From: Auanema rhodensis
Taxonomy: Eukaryota; Animalia; Nematoda
Assembly: GCA_964057225.1 (NCBI GenBank)
Contig: OZ059897.1
Span: forward strand, 16,058,001-16,122,000
Length of the DNA: 64,000 nt
Direction of reading: 5' to 3'
The notes under the pieces are model-generated. The model did not search any database. It saw only the letters and a program-made list of their open reading frames with translations, and had not been told where the DNA came from. Position numbers and translations under genes: made by a program. Shown here in pieces: positions 1-14,512 of the stretch; position 1 is the stretch's first letter; the number at the start of each line of letters is the position of its first letter.

Positions 1-1837
1 AATCAAGAAAATCAGGAAATCCAACATGTTTATCAGGCCATACAACACCTAACATTATTTTTGTATTTTTAGCCATTGGATATTGATTCTAAATATGAAA
101 AATAAAGATGAAATATATAGATTACGGATGAAACCTGAATGTTTTGCATAACTTGGTCAGCTCTTTCCCATTCAATAAACTTAGCTCCCTAGACGATTTT
201 TGAATTTTTGAAAAAAAAAGAAAAAAACTTACTTGATCAAGAGCTCGTTTGAAAGAATCATAATCAGCTTGAATAGCTGGATCAAATATAAGAATCAATT
301 TCATTCCCCAAGATTTCATTTCTTTAACGTAATCAGCTAATCCAGCCCATTTCTTGAAATAAGGATTCATATATATTCATAAATATATAAATAACAAAAT
401 TTTCTATACCGAATTTCCTACTGTGAAATCTTTATATCTATCCATATAATCAATATCAATTACTGCTGTATCTAATGGAATTCCATATTCACGAACTGCA
501 GCAATACGTGCTTTCATGTCATCTAAACCCTTATAACCATATCTAGATAGCTGGAAGCACTTAGTTGAATAAAAACTAAAAATTACAGTTTTTACTCACC
601 TGGTAACCAAAAGCCCAATAAGCTGGAAGTGTTGGATGTCCGATTAATGCATGATACTGGCGAAGAACATCGTCAGCAGTTGGTCCAGGGAAGAAATACA
701 TATCAAGCATTCCTCCGATTGTTCTATAAATTAAAGCAGGTCCTGGAGCAGTTGTGACTTCCTAAAGTACTTCAGTCATTAAAATATATTTAAAGTTAAG
801 ATACTTGAGCATTACTATTCAATATGAAAACGCCATGAACATTACCATCTGGCTCAACAACCATGTAGAACGGGTGAACACCTAAAGACAAAACATAATT
901 TGAATAATTATTTTTAAGAATAAGCAACATACCATAAAGATTTTTAGTGTCAGTACCATATGAGTTAGGTGGCTCATCTCTGGCAAACATACCCCATGTC
1001 AAGTATTTAGAAAAATCATGCTTAATTAAGAAAATATGTATGATTGAAAAATTATTGAAACCTTGATACTCTGATGAATATTTTCACCAAGACCATAAAG
1101 ATAATCAGATGGAAGATAAGTTGCAATTTGAATAAATTTATCAGAAAATATTAATCCACCTTAAAATTTTATTGATTATTTGATTATTTTAATTTTATCT
1201 ATTTATTCACTATTTCATATTTAAGTACTATTGAACTATTAGTAAACTAACCAATTGATGAATCAAACAGATTTCTTCCTGTACTTTTCCGACTTACATA
1301 AAAGCTGAACAAATTTGATGTTGAAGTCTGAATTGTTAAAGCATCGGATGAATTAGAAGGACTACGTGGTAAATCAAGTTTAGGCTCATATCTATCAACT
1401 TTTGTATGAATTATATGTTAAACAGGTATTGATAATACCTTTCTCCTTTTGTAATACGGATGTTCAAAACTGATCCAATATTACTTGAGGTAAACTGAAG
1501 ATCTTGAAAATCGGCTCCCCAAGGATTATTAAAGCCTCCAAGTTTTTTTAAATTTATTAATCCTTCTTTTCCTGTGCTATCTAGTGTATATCCCACCTGT
1601 TGTGGCATATAACACCATGGCTCTACAGGATCTTTCTACAAACAGTTTTTTCATTCATTCCAGACAAGTCTGTTTGCTTTTAGGCTTTCAGAAACTTACA
1701 GTATTGTCAGCTGGAGTCCATAAGCAGCCACGTTGCTTGCAATTGTCTTCGCTGGCTCCAGGCTCAGGATGACAATCAAATCGGACCAGACCATATGCAC
1801 TACTTATGAATATAAGACCCAGCAGAGCATAACGCAT
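1..1837 (-). CDS. Glycoside hydrolase family 31 alpha-glucosidase (maltase-glucoamylase/GAA-like, aagr family) with signal peptide and trefoil domain; multi-exon, 3' part lies outside the window
   Basis: ATG at 1837 follows a TTTCAAG acceptor and gives [16 protein letters not shown], then trefoil-like [22 protein letters not shown]. Downstream exons carry GH31 motifs [64 protein letters not shown] and [14 protein letters not shown]. Confidence 0.95.
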
Positions 1838-1866
1838 AATCTTGAAATAGAAATGTTTTAAAATAT

Positions 1867-1888
1867 TTCACGTGAACTTTCACGTGAA
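1867..1888. promoter_or_regulatory. Two tandem palindromic TTCACGTGAA E-boxes (CLEAR/HLH-30-type) upstream of the GH31 gene
   Basis: TCACGTGA at 1868-1875 and 1880-1887, 30-50 bp from the ATG. Further CACGTG at 2123 and 2389, and TGATAAG (minus strand) at 2111-2117. Confidence 0.55.
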
Positions 1889-3844
1889 CAAATTTATTGC
1901 TCTCGTAATTGTTTTAATGTAAATCAAATATTGTACGGTTGCATTTTTTAGAAAGAGAACGTTACAGATAATATAAGATGAAAGAAACTAAATACAAGCA
2001 TATATTTATATAAAATTAATTTGTTTAAATACAGTTTAAGATAATTAGTTAAGAAATATATATATCATATACATAAATCTAGACAAAGAAAACAACGATC
2101 TGTCAAGGATCTTATCACATAACACGTGGAAAAAACCATGATTAGCCGCATCATTTAAGAATTCAAGAATCACTTAGTTGTTATTCTTTTTATTTTCAGA
2201 TTATAAGCTTAAAACTGTTAGAAATTATTTGAACTTATACAAAATTTAAATAAATACATAATAGTATTATAATTAATTTGAAAAACCAAAAAATATTGAA
2301 GAAATAATGAAAATACTCGAGCACTCAACTAAGATATTTCGGTCAATAAAAGAAAAGTCGATAGGATGTATGTCTGTCCAGCAATGAGCACGTGTTACTC
2401 ATGTGGTTAAGAAAAGAAAGTTTTTTTTGAACACATAGGTATTTCCTAGAGATTTTTGAAATTTAATTTTCATCTTGTTTGATTTCTTCATGTAGTTTCT
2501 GCCAATGTTTTTCATAGACCAGAAGAGATCATACAGATCAAATCAATCAAATGATAACATTGAAATAGAATATTATGACAGATAAGATGATGAAACCATG
2601 GATTTAGAATTACTTTTATCTTCTAATTATTGTGTTTTGAATTCGAAATAACCTTTATAATCATTGAAACATATAGAATTATGTATGATATTCTTCAAAT
2701 ATACTTTAACATTCTTAACTACAATCCTTATCTATCTGTATTTTAGTTTTCAAATTTTTAAAAAAAATTAATCTCATTTTTAGATTTTGTTTTGTGTTAT
2801 TAAAATCATTTATGAAGTATATTTATATCATATAAACTATAGAAAAAACATTTAATAATAATATATTTAAAATTAAAAAATAAGCCTAATGAGTAGAATA
2901 ATATAAGATAGAAAGCCATAAAGTTAAATTGATTACATGTATTATATTTCAGATTTGTCGTGATGAACATACATAAACTTAAAACAAAACGGACAACATA
3001 TGGAAGTTTGAGCACCAAAATGGATAAGTGAACAACTGTCAATCGCAAGAAAAATCTCTAAGTAACCTATTGTTTATATTGGTTAAATCAAATAATTATT
3101 TTAATATAACTAAATATAATCAAATTAATGAAGAATGCTTGAATGAGATGTATGGTAACATGAGACAAGACTTGCGACTGACCACTGTCAATGAAAATCG
3201 GAAGGTTAGGACTCATCTTGATCAAATGTATATGAAGTGAGGCCATATAAGGGAAATATGGGAATTTTTATAATTTTTTGATTTCAATTATTTACTTTTT
3301 TGGTTTTTGAAATATCCTCAATTACGTTAAAACTCTCTGTATCATACTTAGAGAATCTGTTTGATATCGATAACAGTGTCAGAATGACTAGATGAACGTT
3401 GAAGGATAGACAACTTCAAGAATTTCGAATCATTGAACTCAACAACTCAAAAATGTCTTCAGATAAAGCTTTATAAACTTCACAATGATTTAAATTCCAT
3501 TTTCGAAAAGGAATCTATATGTCATAGAAGGTTAATGGACATCATCTGACGAACAATAGGAATGTGTTCGATTCAGTTATTCGACATCAAATCAGATTCA
3601 TAAATTCAGCAGATTCTTGGAGTTTTTGACAAATTAAATAAACCAAAAATATTAATGATATGAAAAATTGTTAGTTGATAATATAGAAGACAATTTGAAG
3701 TTATTTTAGGAAACATTTGAAATATTTAGATAATTATGATTATGATAAAGAAAAGATCGTATGTATTAAGAATTTAAATTTAAATGTTTGAGCTGTTCCG
3801 TAACGATAGATGATCATAACAACTAAAGTGTGTCATTATGATCG

Positions 3845-4156
3845 TCAAGCTACAAATGGAGTTGGTAATCCAACTTGTTCTTCTGAAAAGACTGAACACT
3901 CTTCAACATCTGACAACGAATAGTGAAATGATGTACGACGACAAGGACATTTTGGATCATCGCAAGGTCCCTAAAACAAAATAAAGTTTAGAAGTGATTT
4001 GTAAAAATAAACTAACTTTTTGAATGTTTGTTAAAGCAGTAGCTTGACCGATAAGAAATGATGATGGTCGTTCAGCTAATGCTCGAGTAGTTTCTCGTCG
4101 AGCTTCAGCCTTTAATCAACATGTTTTAAAAATATAAAGTATAGAATAGTTTATTA

Positions 4157-4196
<40 letters not shown>

Positions 4197-4861
4197 ATTT
4201 TTCAAATTATACATCTGAATTTCACCAAATATTCATATTTAAAAATGATCGTTTTTTTTTTTGAAAAGATAAACAAGAAGAGATCTATGAAAGTATGAAA
4301 TGAAGCAAAAACTCAGTGTAAGCTTCAACTATTTGTGTTTGTGACTGAATTCTATAGCTTTGATTTATCCTTTCATCTTTTAGCTGATATACTAGGTTCA
4401 CTACACATATCAATTTTCTAATTTTATCTTTTAAAAAAGCACTAAACTGAGGTTTGAACTTGAACCTCAACTATTTTTTCGCAATATCCCTTCAATATTA
4501 TTTTAGTTCTGATTTAATTTTTGAATTGTTGAACTATATATAATTAATAGAATTACTATGTAAAATTTCAAAAAAAATTTTAATGAAAGTAAAACTTACT
4601 CTTTTGATCTTTTCAGCGGTTTTCCGTTCAGTGTTCTGACAGCAGCATCGCTTTCCTATGTAGTCACGGAACAGCTATAACAAACGAAATACCAATTCAA
4701 TTTTAATAGAAGAAAAAAGAATTTAAGTGAACAAAGATGATTTAAATTTCAATTGTACTTAATGAGCATACTTTTAGAAAAAGGAATGAAGGGAAGCGAG
4801 GTTTATTTAGACAAAGATGTAGATTGCCGGATAGTAAGCGATTGAAAATTAAGAAAGGAAA

Positions 4862-4941
<80 letters not shown>

Positions 4942-6540
4942 CAAGGAGATGGGAATGAAAAGAAATAAAGTGGAAAAGAATATCCAAAATGAAAAAATGG
5001 ATGTATACATGATAGAAGTAAAGTTTTTTTTCTCTAAAAATGCCTCATCGTTCCTCTATTCGTCATGATTGACGACAACGACAACTCTGAGAAGTTTTTT
5101 TTGTAGTGTTATGTTGGCTTACATGAAATGTTGAAAAACTGGCTGTTTCAAAGAAATTATTATATTTTTTAAATCGTAAAAGAACAAAAAAGTTATAAAG
5201 AAAATATTTCAAAGGAAAGAGCCGGAAATAACTCATCATGCATGTTTGAAATTGGACAAGTATATGTTAATCATATAAAGAATATGAATATGAACACCAT
5301 ATGACGAGTAACCATCTTCTATATAATGAAATATGTATAAATTATCATTATCGTCATAGACAAATTGCCAGCGGAAGACCTCAAAGACAGAAAAAATTGA
5401 ACAACCGTGGCTATCAAGGCACAACACAACATATAGAACTGGAGGCAGTAGGACCCTTGGAAAATAAATAAAATCCATTAGAGCACGAGGAATAATGTTA
5501 TAAGAAGAGGGTGAAAGATAAAAGACAGTTAAGTAGAGGGTGATAGAGAGGTAGATATGAACAAGAATTAGAGGGAGAGAGATTGGCTGTGGGAGAGCAG
5601 CTGCTCGCTAGGTGGTTTGCCTGGGTTTCAGACCCCCCCTCTGTTTCTTCCACCCTGAACAACTAAACTTTCTCTCACTCATACTTTCTCTGCAATTTTC
5701 TCTTCATCATTCTCTCTCAATTTCTCTTTTTAAAACTCTTCTCCCTAATTCTATGATGAACATCTGTATCCTTCTCAGAGATCTATATCCATCTCTCCTT
5801 CACAGAAATGTTCAGCTCGAAGAATGAGCTTCACACGACTTCAAAGACTATGACTTGTGACCCTTTCATCAACCAGTTGTTACTATTTTGAAAGACAATA
5901 GCATCATTCGTTACTCGCATATTCTTCAGTGGTTCATTCCAGAATTTGAGTTGAACATTCCATAATTCAAGTTTTTTATAACAACTCAGCAGTGTTTTCA
6001 GAACTATGATAACAGATAGTATTCTTGAACTAGCTTAAAACAGAAGAATGTTGTCGATTGAGGTAGAGAATCAAAAACAAAGAATAATTTAAGTTGTTCC
6101 ATGTATATTTTTTACTCAACAACTAAAGGTTAAAGTTATTAGTACAGAAAATAAAATTATCCTTCAAATTTTTGACGAAAATGGAAAAATATGTTGGGAG
6201 GGTATTTGAAAAACGTATTTAAATGAAATTTTTTATTAGCTTAAATATTCATTTGTGATCACTTGAATGAGAAAAAAATTTTTTGGTCTAAAATTCAGAG
6301 ACCAGTTGTTAAACCGACGAAACAAAAAGATTGTTGAAGCAGCTTCACTACTGCTTTTATATGGAAAGTCCGGAAATACACACTTTGTGATTGTATCCAC
6401 GACAAAGCTCATATGTATGTACAGAAACGTTTCCGACACAAATATAGAAATAAGACGTGGAACTATTATTATATTATAATCTTATAAAACAAAGAAAAAT
6501 ATTATATGAACATAATAACTGTATTTACATGTATTTACTG

Positions 6541-6616
<76 letters not shown>

Positions 6617-8222
6617 GGGGGAGAAATTTAAACAGATAGTTATCCAGTATAGATGTAACATTGGTTCCAATCTTATAGTTCATATAACAATCTAAGAATA
6701 TTTAGCTCAGGAAAGACGATTAATTATTTCAAAAAAAATAAAAATAAAATAAAAATATATTAATATTCAGAATGATATATAATATAAACGTTTGAAAATT
6801 CAATTATAAAACATTTGCTCTTGTTTTCAATTGAAACTTCTACAGTAACCTTTCATTTTTCAATTTATGAAAATACAATTTGCAAAACAATGAAAAAGAA
6901 ATTAAAAAAGAAAAGATAACTTTAATCAAAACTTCAAAATTTAAAAGAAAGATCATGAATCGAATCTAGATTTTGATTGAAAAGATTTTATGGAAACATG
7001 AATGAAATAAAAATTCTTATTTTGAGAAATGTGAAACTTTTGAAAATACGATTCCTCTAAGGATATGCTTTGCTTTATAGCATTTGCTCACGAGTGTTCA
7101 CAAAATCTAATTAGATGGCAAGATTTTGAAGGAACAAAATGTCAAAAAAAACGTTAGAAGGATTAAAATAAAATATAATTAAATATCAAATAATATGTAT
7201 ACAATATATTATTTAGACGAATGTATGTATGATCAAAAAAATCGTAAAAAAAGTCTTCAAGATGAGGAAGCTAGTCATGTTTTTAGTTTTAAATAGTTTT
7301 TGCATTATTTTGAAATCATTTAGATGATGTTCAATGCAGAGAATTATGAATTTTCAATATTATCCATCCATACAATACTAAAGAACGATTCTTGATGTTC
7401 AAAAATGGAATTTTTAAATGAAAAGTTAGTAAAAAAAAGAAAAAAATGTCATGTATATTGAACTTCAAATTTTAAAATATACATATGTGTATGGACATCA
7501 AAAAGATCCATCTTTTCATTTATAAAAGAAAGATTTATAAATAAATGATTCAAAGAAATAAGTCAATTTCATAAAAAGATCTAAATGAGAGTTGAAATGA
7601 AAGTAAAATAAATCATAGTTGACTAGAACAAGTGTTTAAACGAAACAATTTGTGAAGAAAAATATTTTAAAAGAATAGGAAGATGAAAAAGAAAAAAACA
7701 AAAGAAACAACCCGGAAACACTTGAGCATGTTATGTGAGTGTGTGATATGTATGTATGTCTATATAATAGTTTGAAGTTCCAAATATGGACTTATATGAC
7801 GTCAATATAATAGAATAATAATATATTTTTGAATCCTTTTTCATATAAATGCCAGATAATTTGAATAGTTTATATATTATCTAACTTATTTGGTAATTCC
7901 ATATGTATAATTAAGAAGTTTCAGCAATTACGATGTTCGTTTATCAAAAAATAGCAAAAGATAGAAATGAAAAGAAAAAAAAGAACATATATACTTGTAA
8001 GAAACTAAAAATAAACTTTTCTAAAAGTTTAAGAAAAAGTTTTAAATTTTAACAAATATTATTTTTCAAATGCTCTTAAGTATATATAGTATGTATGTGT
8101 ATATATAAACAAAGAAATAAAATAAATTTTACCTGAGGTGAAGCACAGATTAGAACAACTATCATCCATCCGAATAGTATGAATATACCCAGAAGGAATA
8201 TATTTTGAGTTTCAGCATCCAT
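3845..8222 (-). CDS. Small single-pass membrane protein, 127 aa, unknown function (4 exons: 8222-8133, 4674-4600, 4109-4017, 3970-3845)
   Basis: All three introns are GT-AG and phase 0. They join into MDAETQNIFLLGIFILFGWMIVVLICASPQ-LFRDYIGKRCCCQNTERKTAEKIKR-AEARRETTRALAERPSSFLIGQATALTNIQK-GPCDDPKCPCRRTSFHYSLSDVEECSVFSEEQVGLPTPFVA*. The first exon is open upstream (S/T-rich), so the true start may lie further 5'. Confidence 0.75.
4865..4937. repeat. (AG)n microsatellite
   Basis: Near-perfect AG run, read directly from the sequence. Confidence 0.95.
6546..6613. repeat. (AG)n microsatellite
   Basis: Perfect AG run. Confidence 0.95.
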
Positions 8223-11200
8223 CCCTGCCGAAGAAGGGGTGGATGAGGAAACGACAATTGGCTGTGATGACGACGTGGTGAATCTGAAACTATTTCTATT
8301 TGAAAACTTATTCACGAATGAATATAAAATATGAAAGGATTTGATAATAAGAAAGTAAATAAGAATAACAATAAAGATAAAATAAAGATCATATCATAGA
8401 TATATGCACATATATGATCGTCTTAAGAAGAGGTTGTAACTGAAAATTAAGAAATAAGAGAATAATTCAAGAGAAAACATGAGGCTGAACTATCAATTTC
8501 TGTAAAAAAAGAATGTATATTGAAAAAAATTCATGCATATATGTACAAGTGATATATGTTTTTTGAAGTTTAAGCTTCTTCTCTTTCTTCACTTCGTGAC
8601 TACCTCATATTCCGCATTACTCTCTCCATCTCTGAATTACATGTCTCATTTTGCCATTCATTTTAAAAATTTCTGTAGCATTTTTTTCGGAAATTATCGG
8701 ACTTATTTATTAAAGATCAACTATGAATATAATATCATTTAAATGTACAAATGACATAATTGATAAAATCTTTTGTAAACCAGTAACACATAATATTATT
8801 TTTTATCTTTGGTATGTCATTACCTTATTCATCTTTTTTATGTTTAACACCATTTTATTAAGTGAATAAGTGATATATGGTTCCATATTTAAGATTTTTA
8901 AATATTTTCTTAACTATTAGATGAATTGAATATTCTACGTGTATTACTAATACACGACATTTTCGTTCGAAAGCAAATAATAAACGAACATGGTTGATAA
9001 CTGAGCAAAGAATGGTTTCAATTTCAAAAAATGCTCGTCATTAAAGCTTGTTTTTAATAATTTGTAGTAATAAGTTCAACAATAAATCTGCAGAAATATG
9101 TAACAATTCCTGCAGTTTGTACTAAATTAATAAAACTTGAATCTCAAATTAAAAAATAATAAAATAGGAATAATTATATAAATATGTGTATAATATATAC
9201 ATGTGTAGTAGATTGAAAGAGAGAAAATGAATTAACCTGAGAAAATAATTTTATTGGTCACGTGTGGGATAGCCAAGCTGTTGGAGCCATTAGGTTTGTT
9301 GTCAGCTGGCTCTCAGTTCTTATATGCCGTAAAAGGAAAGGAGAATAGGAAGCATGAAGCTTTACCAGAATGCAGCAGTTAGTTGAAACGCACCACACTG
9401 CAGAGATAGAGATGGATAGAGAAAGGGTAAACTTGGAGCTTTCAGATACATACGAAAGGAGATGGATCAGAAAAAAGGTTGGAAAGTATAAGAGTAACAA
9501 TTGAAAGAGAGAAAGGGAATTTAAAATGAAATATATGAAGAAAAACATATACAGAAAGGTAAAGAAAAAAAAGAATTTCTGCTGAAGAAGAGGATATATT
9601 GATGTTAAAAGTTGAAAAGATGGATATGAAGGTGTTGGATGCAACCATTTTTCATGTCAAAAAATAAAAAATGAGATAAGAAGGGAAACTACACGTGACG
9701 AGCTTGATGTTAGAGAAATTGGTAAACTTCGCGTTAGAGATGAGATGGATGAACTGAAAAATTAATTTTTCTAGCTTATTCAAACGTTTATATGGATGAG
9801 AAGAGAAAAATAATTGTCAGTTAAAATGAAGTGGGTTTCACTCTGATCAGCCTTATACTCAGTTTTCTAATAATTCTGAAGCAAAACTGACTCACATACA
9901 TTCATTCATATATAATACGTAAATTAATAATAATATTTAAAACAAGATATGATATATCGTTATATGACTGATAAGATGAAATATTCTCATAAAAAAGGTA
10001 ATTGAATATTTAAACTAAAAAAAGTCAGAAAACTAATATATGAAAGAAAAAATTGAAAAAGAAAAGGAATTATATAAAGCTTATCGACTGAACCAAAGAT
10101 GGAAAATGATGAAGTGAGCTAGACTAGTTAGAGTAAAGAACTATAGAGAAAAAAAGTTAGAAAGAGAGAGTGATAGATAGAGAGAGAAAGACTGAGAGGG
10201 AGGTAGATAGAGAAAGTAATCTCTAAAAGTTGTGAGACAATTCATTAAACATGTTCAGATATTTAAGATACTAAAAAGAAAAAAGGACAGAGTGAAGAGA
10301 AACAGATGTTGTTGAGTGGAATAGAAGACAAATGTTTTGGTTAGCACTTAATTTTAAGAGAAGCTTAAAGATTAAGTTCAAATTTTGTTCGAAAATAATT
10401 GCCTTAAAGCCTTGATACATAAAGTGATTCAATCAATGTAATATAATAAACAATTGAAATGTTTTTCTTCATGATATCTTTAACAAAGAAAAACATAAAT
10501 TTAATCTTTGTTCAACAAACTAATTAGATTAAATGAGAAATCAGTTAATCCAAGGTGTATCTTTTACAAAAATAAAAGAAAAAGAAAAGAAAATGTGAAT
10601 TTTCATGTATTTTCGGAATTCAAAATCAGATTTTGACGAATTGCCTTGTTTTGTTTTTTCTTTTTTTTCTGTTCAGCTTCTTTTAGTTTTAGATTTAGGA
10701 TACTCTATATATATCTTTCTATACAAAACAAACTGAAAACATTTAAGAAAACAATACTATATTAAGATTAGTATATAAATCAATATTTTAAAAAGAATAA
10801 TAACAATGATTTAATATTATTTAAAGATTAATAAAACTAAAATAGATATGTATATTTTCTTTTTTGAGAACTTACAACTGAATAAAATGAAATATAGGAT
10901 AATTTTTTTCTTATATTAGTAGTGAGATATATTAATGATTTATGAAGACGCACACCTGATGATGTAATGTGCCTTCAGGCTTACGCATGCTATTCCCGGC
11001 TGACATTCTCATCATCATCATCATCATCATAATCTTCTTTTTTTCTCTCTAATATCTAACTATTGAACAATAACATGAATTAATTTGGCAGAAGAGAATT
11101 ATTTGTTGAGCCAAATGACAATTTTATTTGAAAAGTTATTTCACAATTATAAAAAAAAGTTAAAAATAAGGAAATTTAAGGGTTATATCTGAACAAAATT

Positions 11201-14200
11201 CATTAAAAAAAGATTTTTTTGCATAAAAGATTAAAATCTTTATATGATATCATATTATATATTCGAAAATTGTATTTTTATATTTGTATCTCATCCTATC
11301 AGAATGATCAAACGATTTTTTGAAATAAAACTTTTTATCATTGAGATATTTGATAATTAATAAGATTTAAGGAAATAAATTCTTATTCAAATTTTAAAAG
11401 TGTATGAATAATAAAAATAAGAAAACACTTCTTTCAAGAAGTATCTAACAAGAAAAATAAAAAGATTCAAAGATCAAATGTTGTTTGTAAGTTCAAAAGT
11501 ATACATTTCAATCGTGTAGTTTCTAACATAAGATAGATAAGAAATGTTTACTAAGATGCTTATTCTTTTTAAAAAATATAAAATAAAAGAAATTTTTTTT
11601 TAAATAGAAACTATGAACTATTTACTTATAATTAAAATAAGTTAGTTACATATACATCTGTGTTCTTATGGATATTCGAACTCAGATTTGTCAGAATCGG
11701 TTATTCACCGTCTTCAGATTCATCTCCTTTCTCACCTTCTCATTCTTTCTTTCAATTATTTCCATTCAGAAACAATCTTTTACACTTTTTCAGTTTTTCT
11801 TAGCTATGTCCTGAGGCAAAATGTCAGGCGGTGTAAGTGGGCTAGCCGCAAGTAAGCAAGCTCTACGAGCAAGCAGGCTGCAGCCCAGAATAAGAGAATA
11901 ATAGGTCCCGTGTTTGTCGTTTCTGCTAAATGAGCACGAACAAGTTTTGTTAAATTATGACTTTCCTAAATTATAAAAAATGAAGTTAAGATAACAAAAA
12001 TGAAAAAAAGGCTTGAAATATGTTCAGGGCATTTAACAAGGTTGAAAGTAAATATCAATTTTTGAGAAAATATGTGACTTGGATATAATAAATAATTTAC
12101 TTTATACATATACATTTCATGAGTTAAGGTAAGCGAGTTAACGAGGCAAACATCTTTATTCATATATTATGAAACATTAAATTTTTTTTTTCAATAGATA
12201 CTAAATAAAAATTTGTTATTATTTTATAAAAAAAAATAAATTAAATGCTAAGATGATACATAATAAGAAAATGAAAATAAATAAAATTTTCTTAGCAACA
12301 ATTTTTTTTTTGACAGAGCGAATGTGACAACGGAGAATGAGCGCTTTTGGAATGGATTTTAATAAAAGTTCAGACTGCATGTTCGAATAGAACAAAGCGG
12401 AATTGGCAATAAGAGGACAAAGACGAGCCAATTTAGCTGGAGAACCATTCACTTTGATCGAAAAATAAGCTTCTACTGGTCATTATTGGCTATGATATAA
12501 GCATTTCCAAGAAATTAAGTTGGGTTTAGATGAAATTTAAAACAAAACAGAATCCAGAAATGAAAAAATACATTTTTTTCACTCAAAAAAAGGTTTTAAA
12601 TATATAAAATTAGAATGAAAATCAGATGAGTAAGTTCAAGAATAGAACTATTTATACAAACTTCAGTATATAAACAAGAACTTCTACATCCAGTGGTAAA
12701 TATCAATAGAATAAGTTTTATAAAAAAATTGTTTTTTTTTAAATAAAAAAAATAAAAAAGATTATTAATATAAGAATATTTAAGATTAATTATAAGTATA
12801 AGAATAAGAAAAAAAAATATTGAGAAATGTAAATGTAACATGTGTATACATGTTCGTATAGATATAGAGAAGTACAAGCTGACAATGAATAAATTGACTT
12901 TTTGAAATTGGACAAAGCTTCATGTTACACATACATGTATGTTATATATATATATACAATATAATATTATTTTTAGACTATTTCTAATATTTATATGATA
13001 TTTAAATGAAAAAAAAAAGAAAAATCGCACAGTTGGAGAGAGTTTTTTTTTACAAACTTTTAGATAACGCTTACCAATCCACAGCATGTGTACATGTGTA
13101 AAAAGCGTGAAATTTTAAGCTATTAATAAGTTTTGTTCTTCAAATATTCAATAAAATTGAATAGAACATACATTTTGTGATATCAGATGAATTTAAAGCA
13201 TAGTTTACAGAAGTTATATATGCATAAGAATATTGAGGTCGTTTGCAGCTATGACCAAAACTTAATTAACTAACACGATAATGAGTGAGATATGTACTTT
13301 CTTGAGATACAAATTTAGAGGAAAGTATGTATATACTATATGTTTATGATTAAACAGAATTTTAAATTTATAACTAATAGAAATAACAGAAAAATTGGAA
13401 ATTATTTTGCGAAGACTTGATTCATTGAAAAAAAAATTTCAAAACTTTCAATACAATATAGAATTTTTGAATATATTCATAAAAAAATAATTATACAATA
13501 GTTATCCAAAAAATATATAAATTTAAAAAGTATAAGTGTATGTTAAGTAAAGTTACATAAAAGATTTATGTGAAATAGAAGAAAGATTCATTTTTAAAAT
13601 TTCAAAATCAGATAAAAGTTGCTTATGTATCTTATGTGAATATATATTATATATATATATCCATATATATATGTATCTATATATGGATATCCGAGTCAAG
13701 TAAAAGAGAGAAAGAAGTAAAGCGTAGAAAAAGAAAGCAAGAGAATGCGGAAAAGGAAAGAAAGAAAAGGAGAGGGAGGGGAAGAAAAATATGAGAGAGA
13801 ATTAGAAATAGTGAATGAAGATATAGTATTCTATATTATTTTTTTTTCTTTTATTTTCTCAAATTGAAACGACATTTTATTGGTTTTATTTTTTTTTCTC
13901 TTCATATATTATATAAATAAATAAGTAATATAGATAGATAGATAGAAAGATAGATAGATAGATATAGTAATAATAGATTTGAAGGTATGAAGGTGTATAT
14001 ATTATGTATTATATATGTATATATATATACATACTATGTGTATATAATATAATCAAATTACACTGCTACAAGGCTATTTTCTTCTAATATGTTTGAACTT
14101 TTTTTTTGGTTCTCAACAAACTTCTAATGGATGTACACGAATGTGGGGGTTGGAGGCCATATGACTACTCATATTCGATGTCACACTTTAGTCGCATTCG

Positions 14201-14512
14201 ATTTCTAATCTATCAGAGAGGTATCAAAATAACAGAAATGGTTTGAAATGTGCTCTAATGCAAATAGTTTTAGTTTTTACGTGTCCAATATGTTGTCTTT
14301 ATTCAGTATGAATCATTTATATTCCAAAATTACATTGTTTTGAGAATATATACTCGATTGTGCCAGTTTATTGCCATGAATTTCATTAATTATACAACTG
14401 ATTTTGTTTATTTGTGATCTTTAAACTTTTTTTTAAATAAATAATTTTATTTTTAAACTATATACTTAATTAATATATATATGTTTATTTATATGATAAT
14501 AGTTTAGCTTAA

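Noticed and set aside
10958-11004. TGATGA...CTGA pair suggesting a C/D snoRNA
   Set aside because: Only ~47 nt from box C to box D, with no terminal stem and no internal C'/D'.
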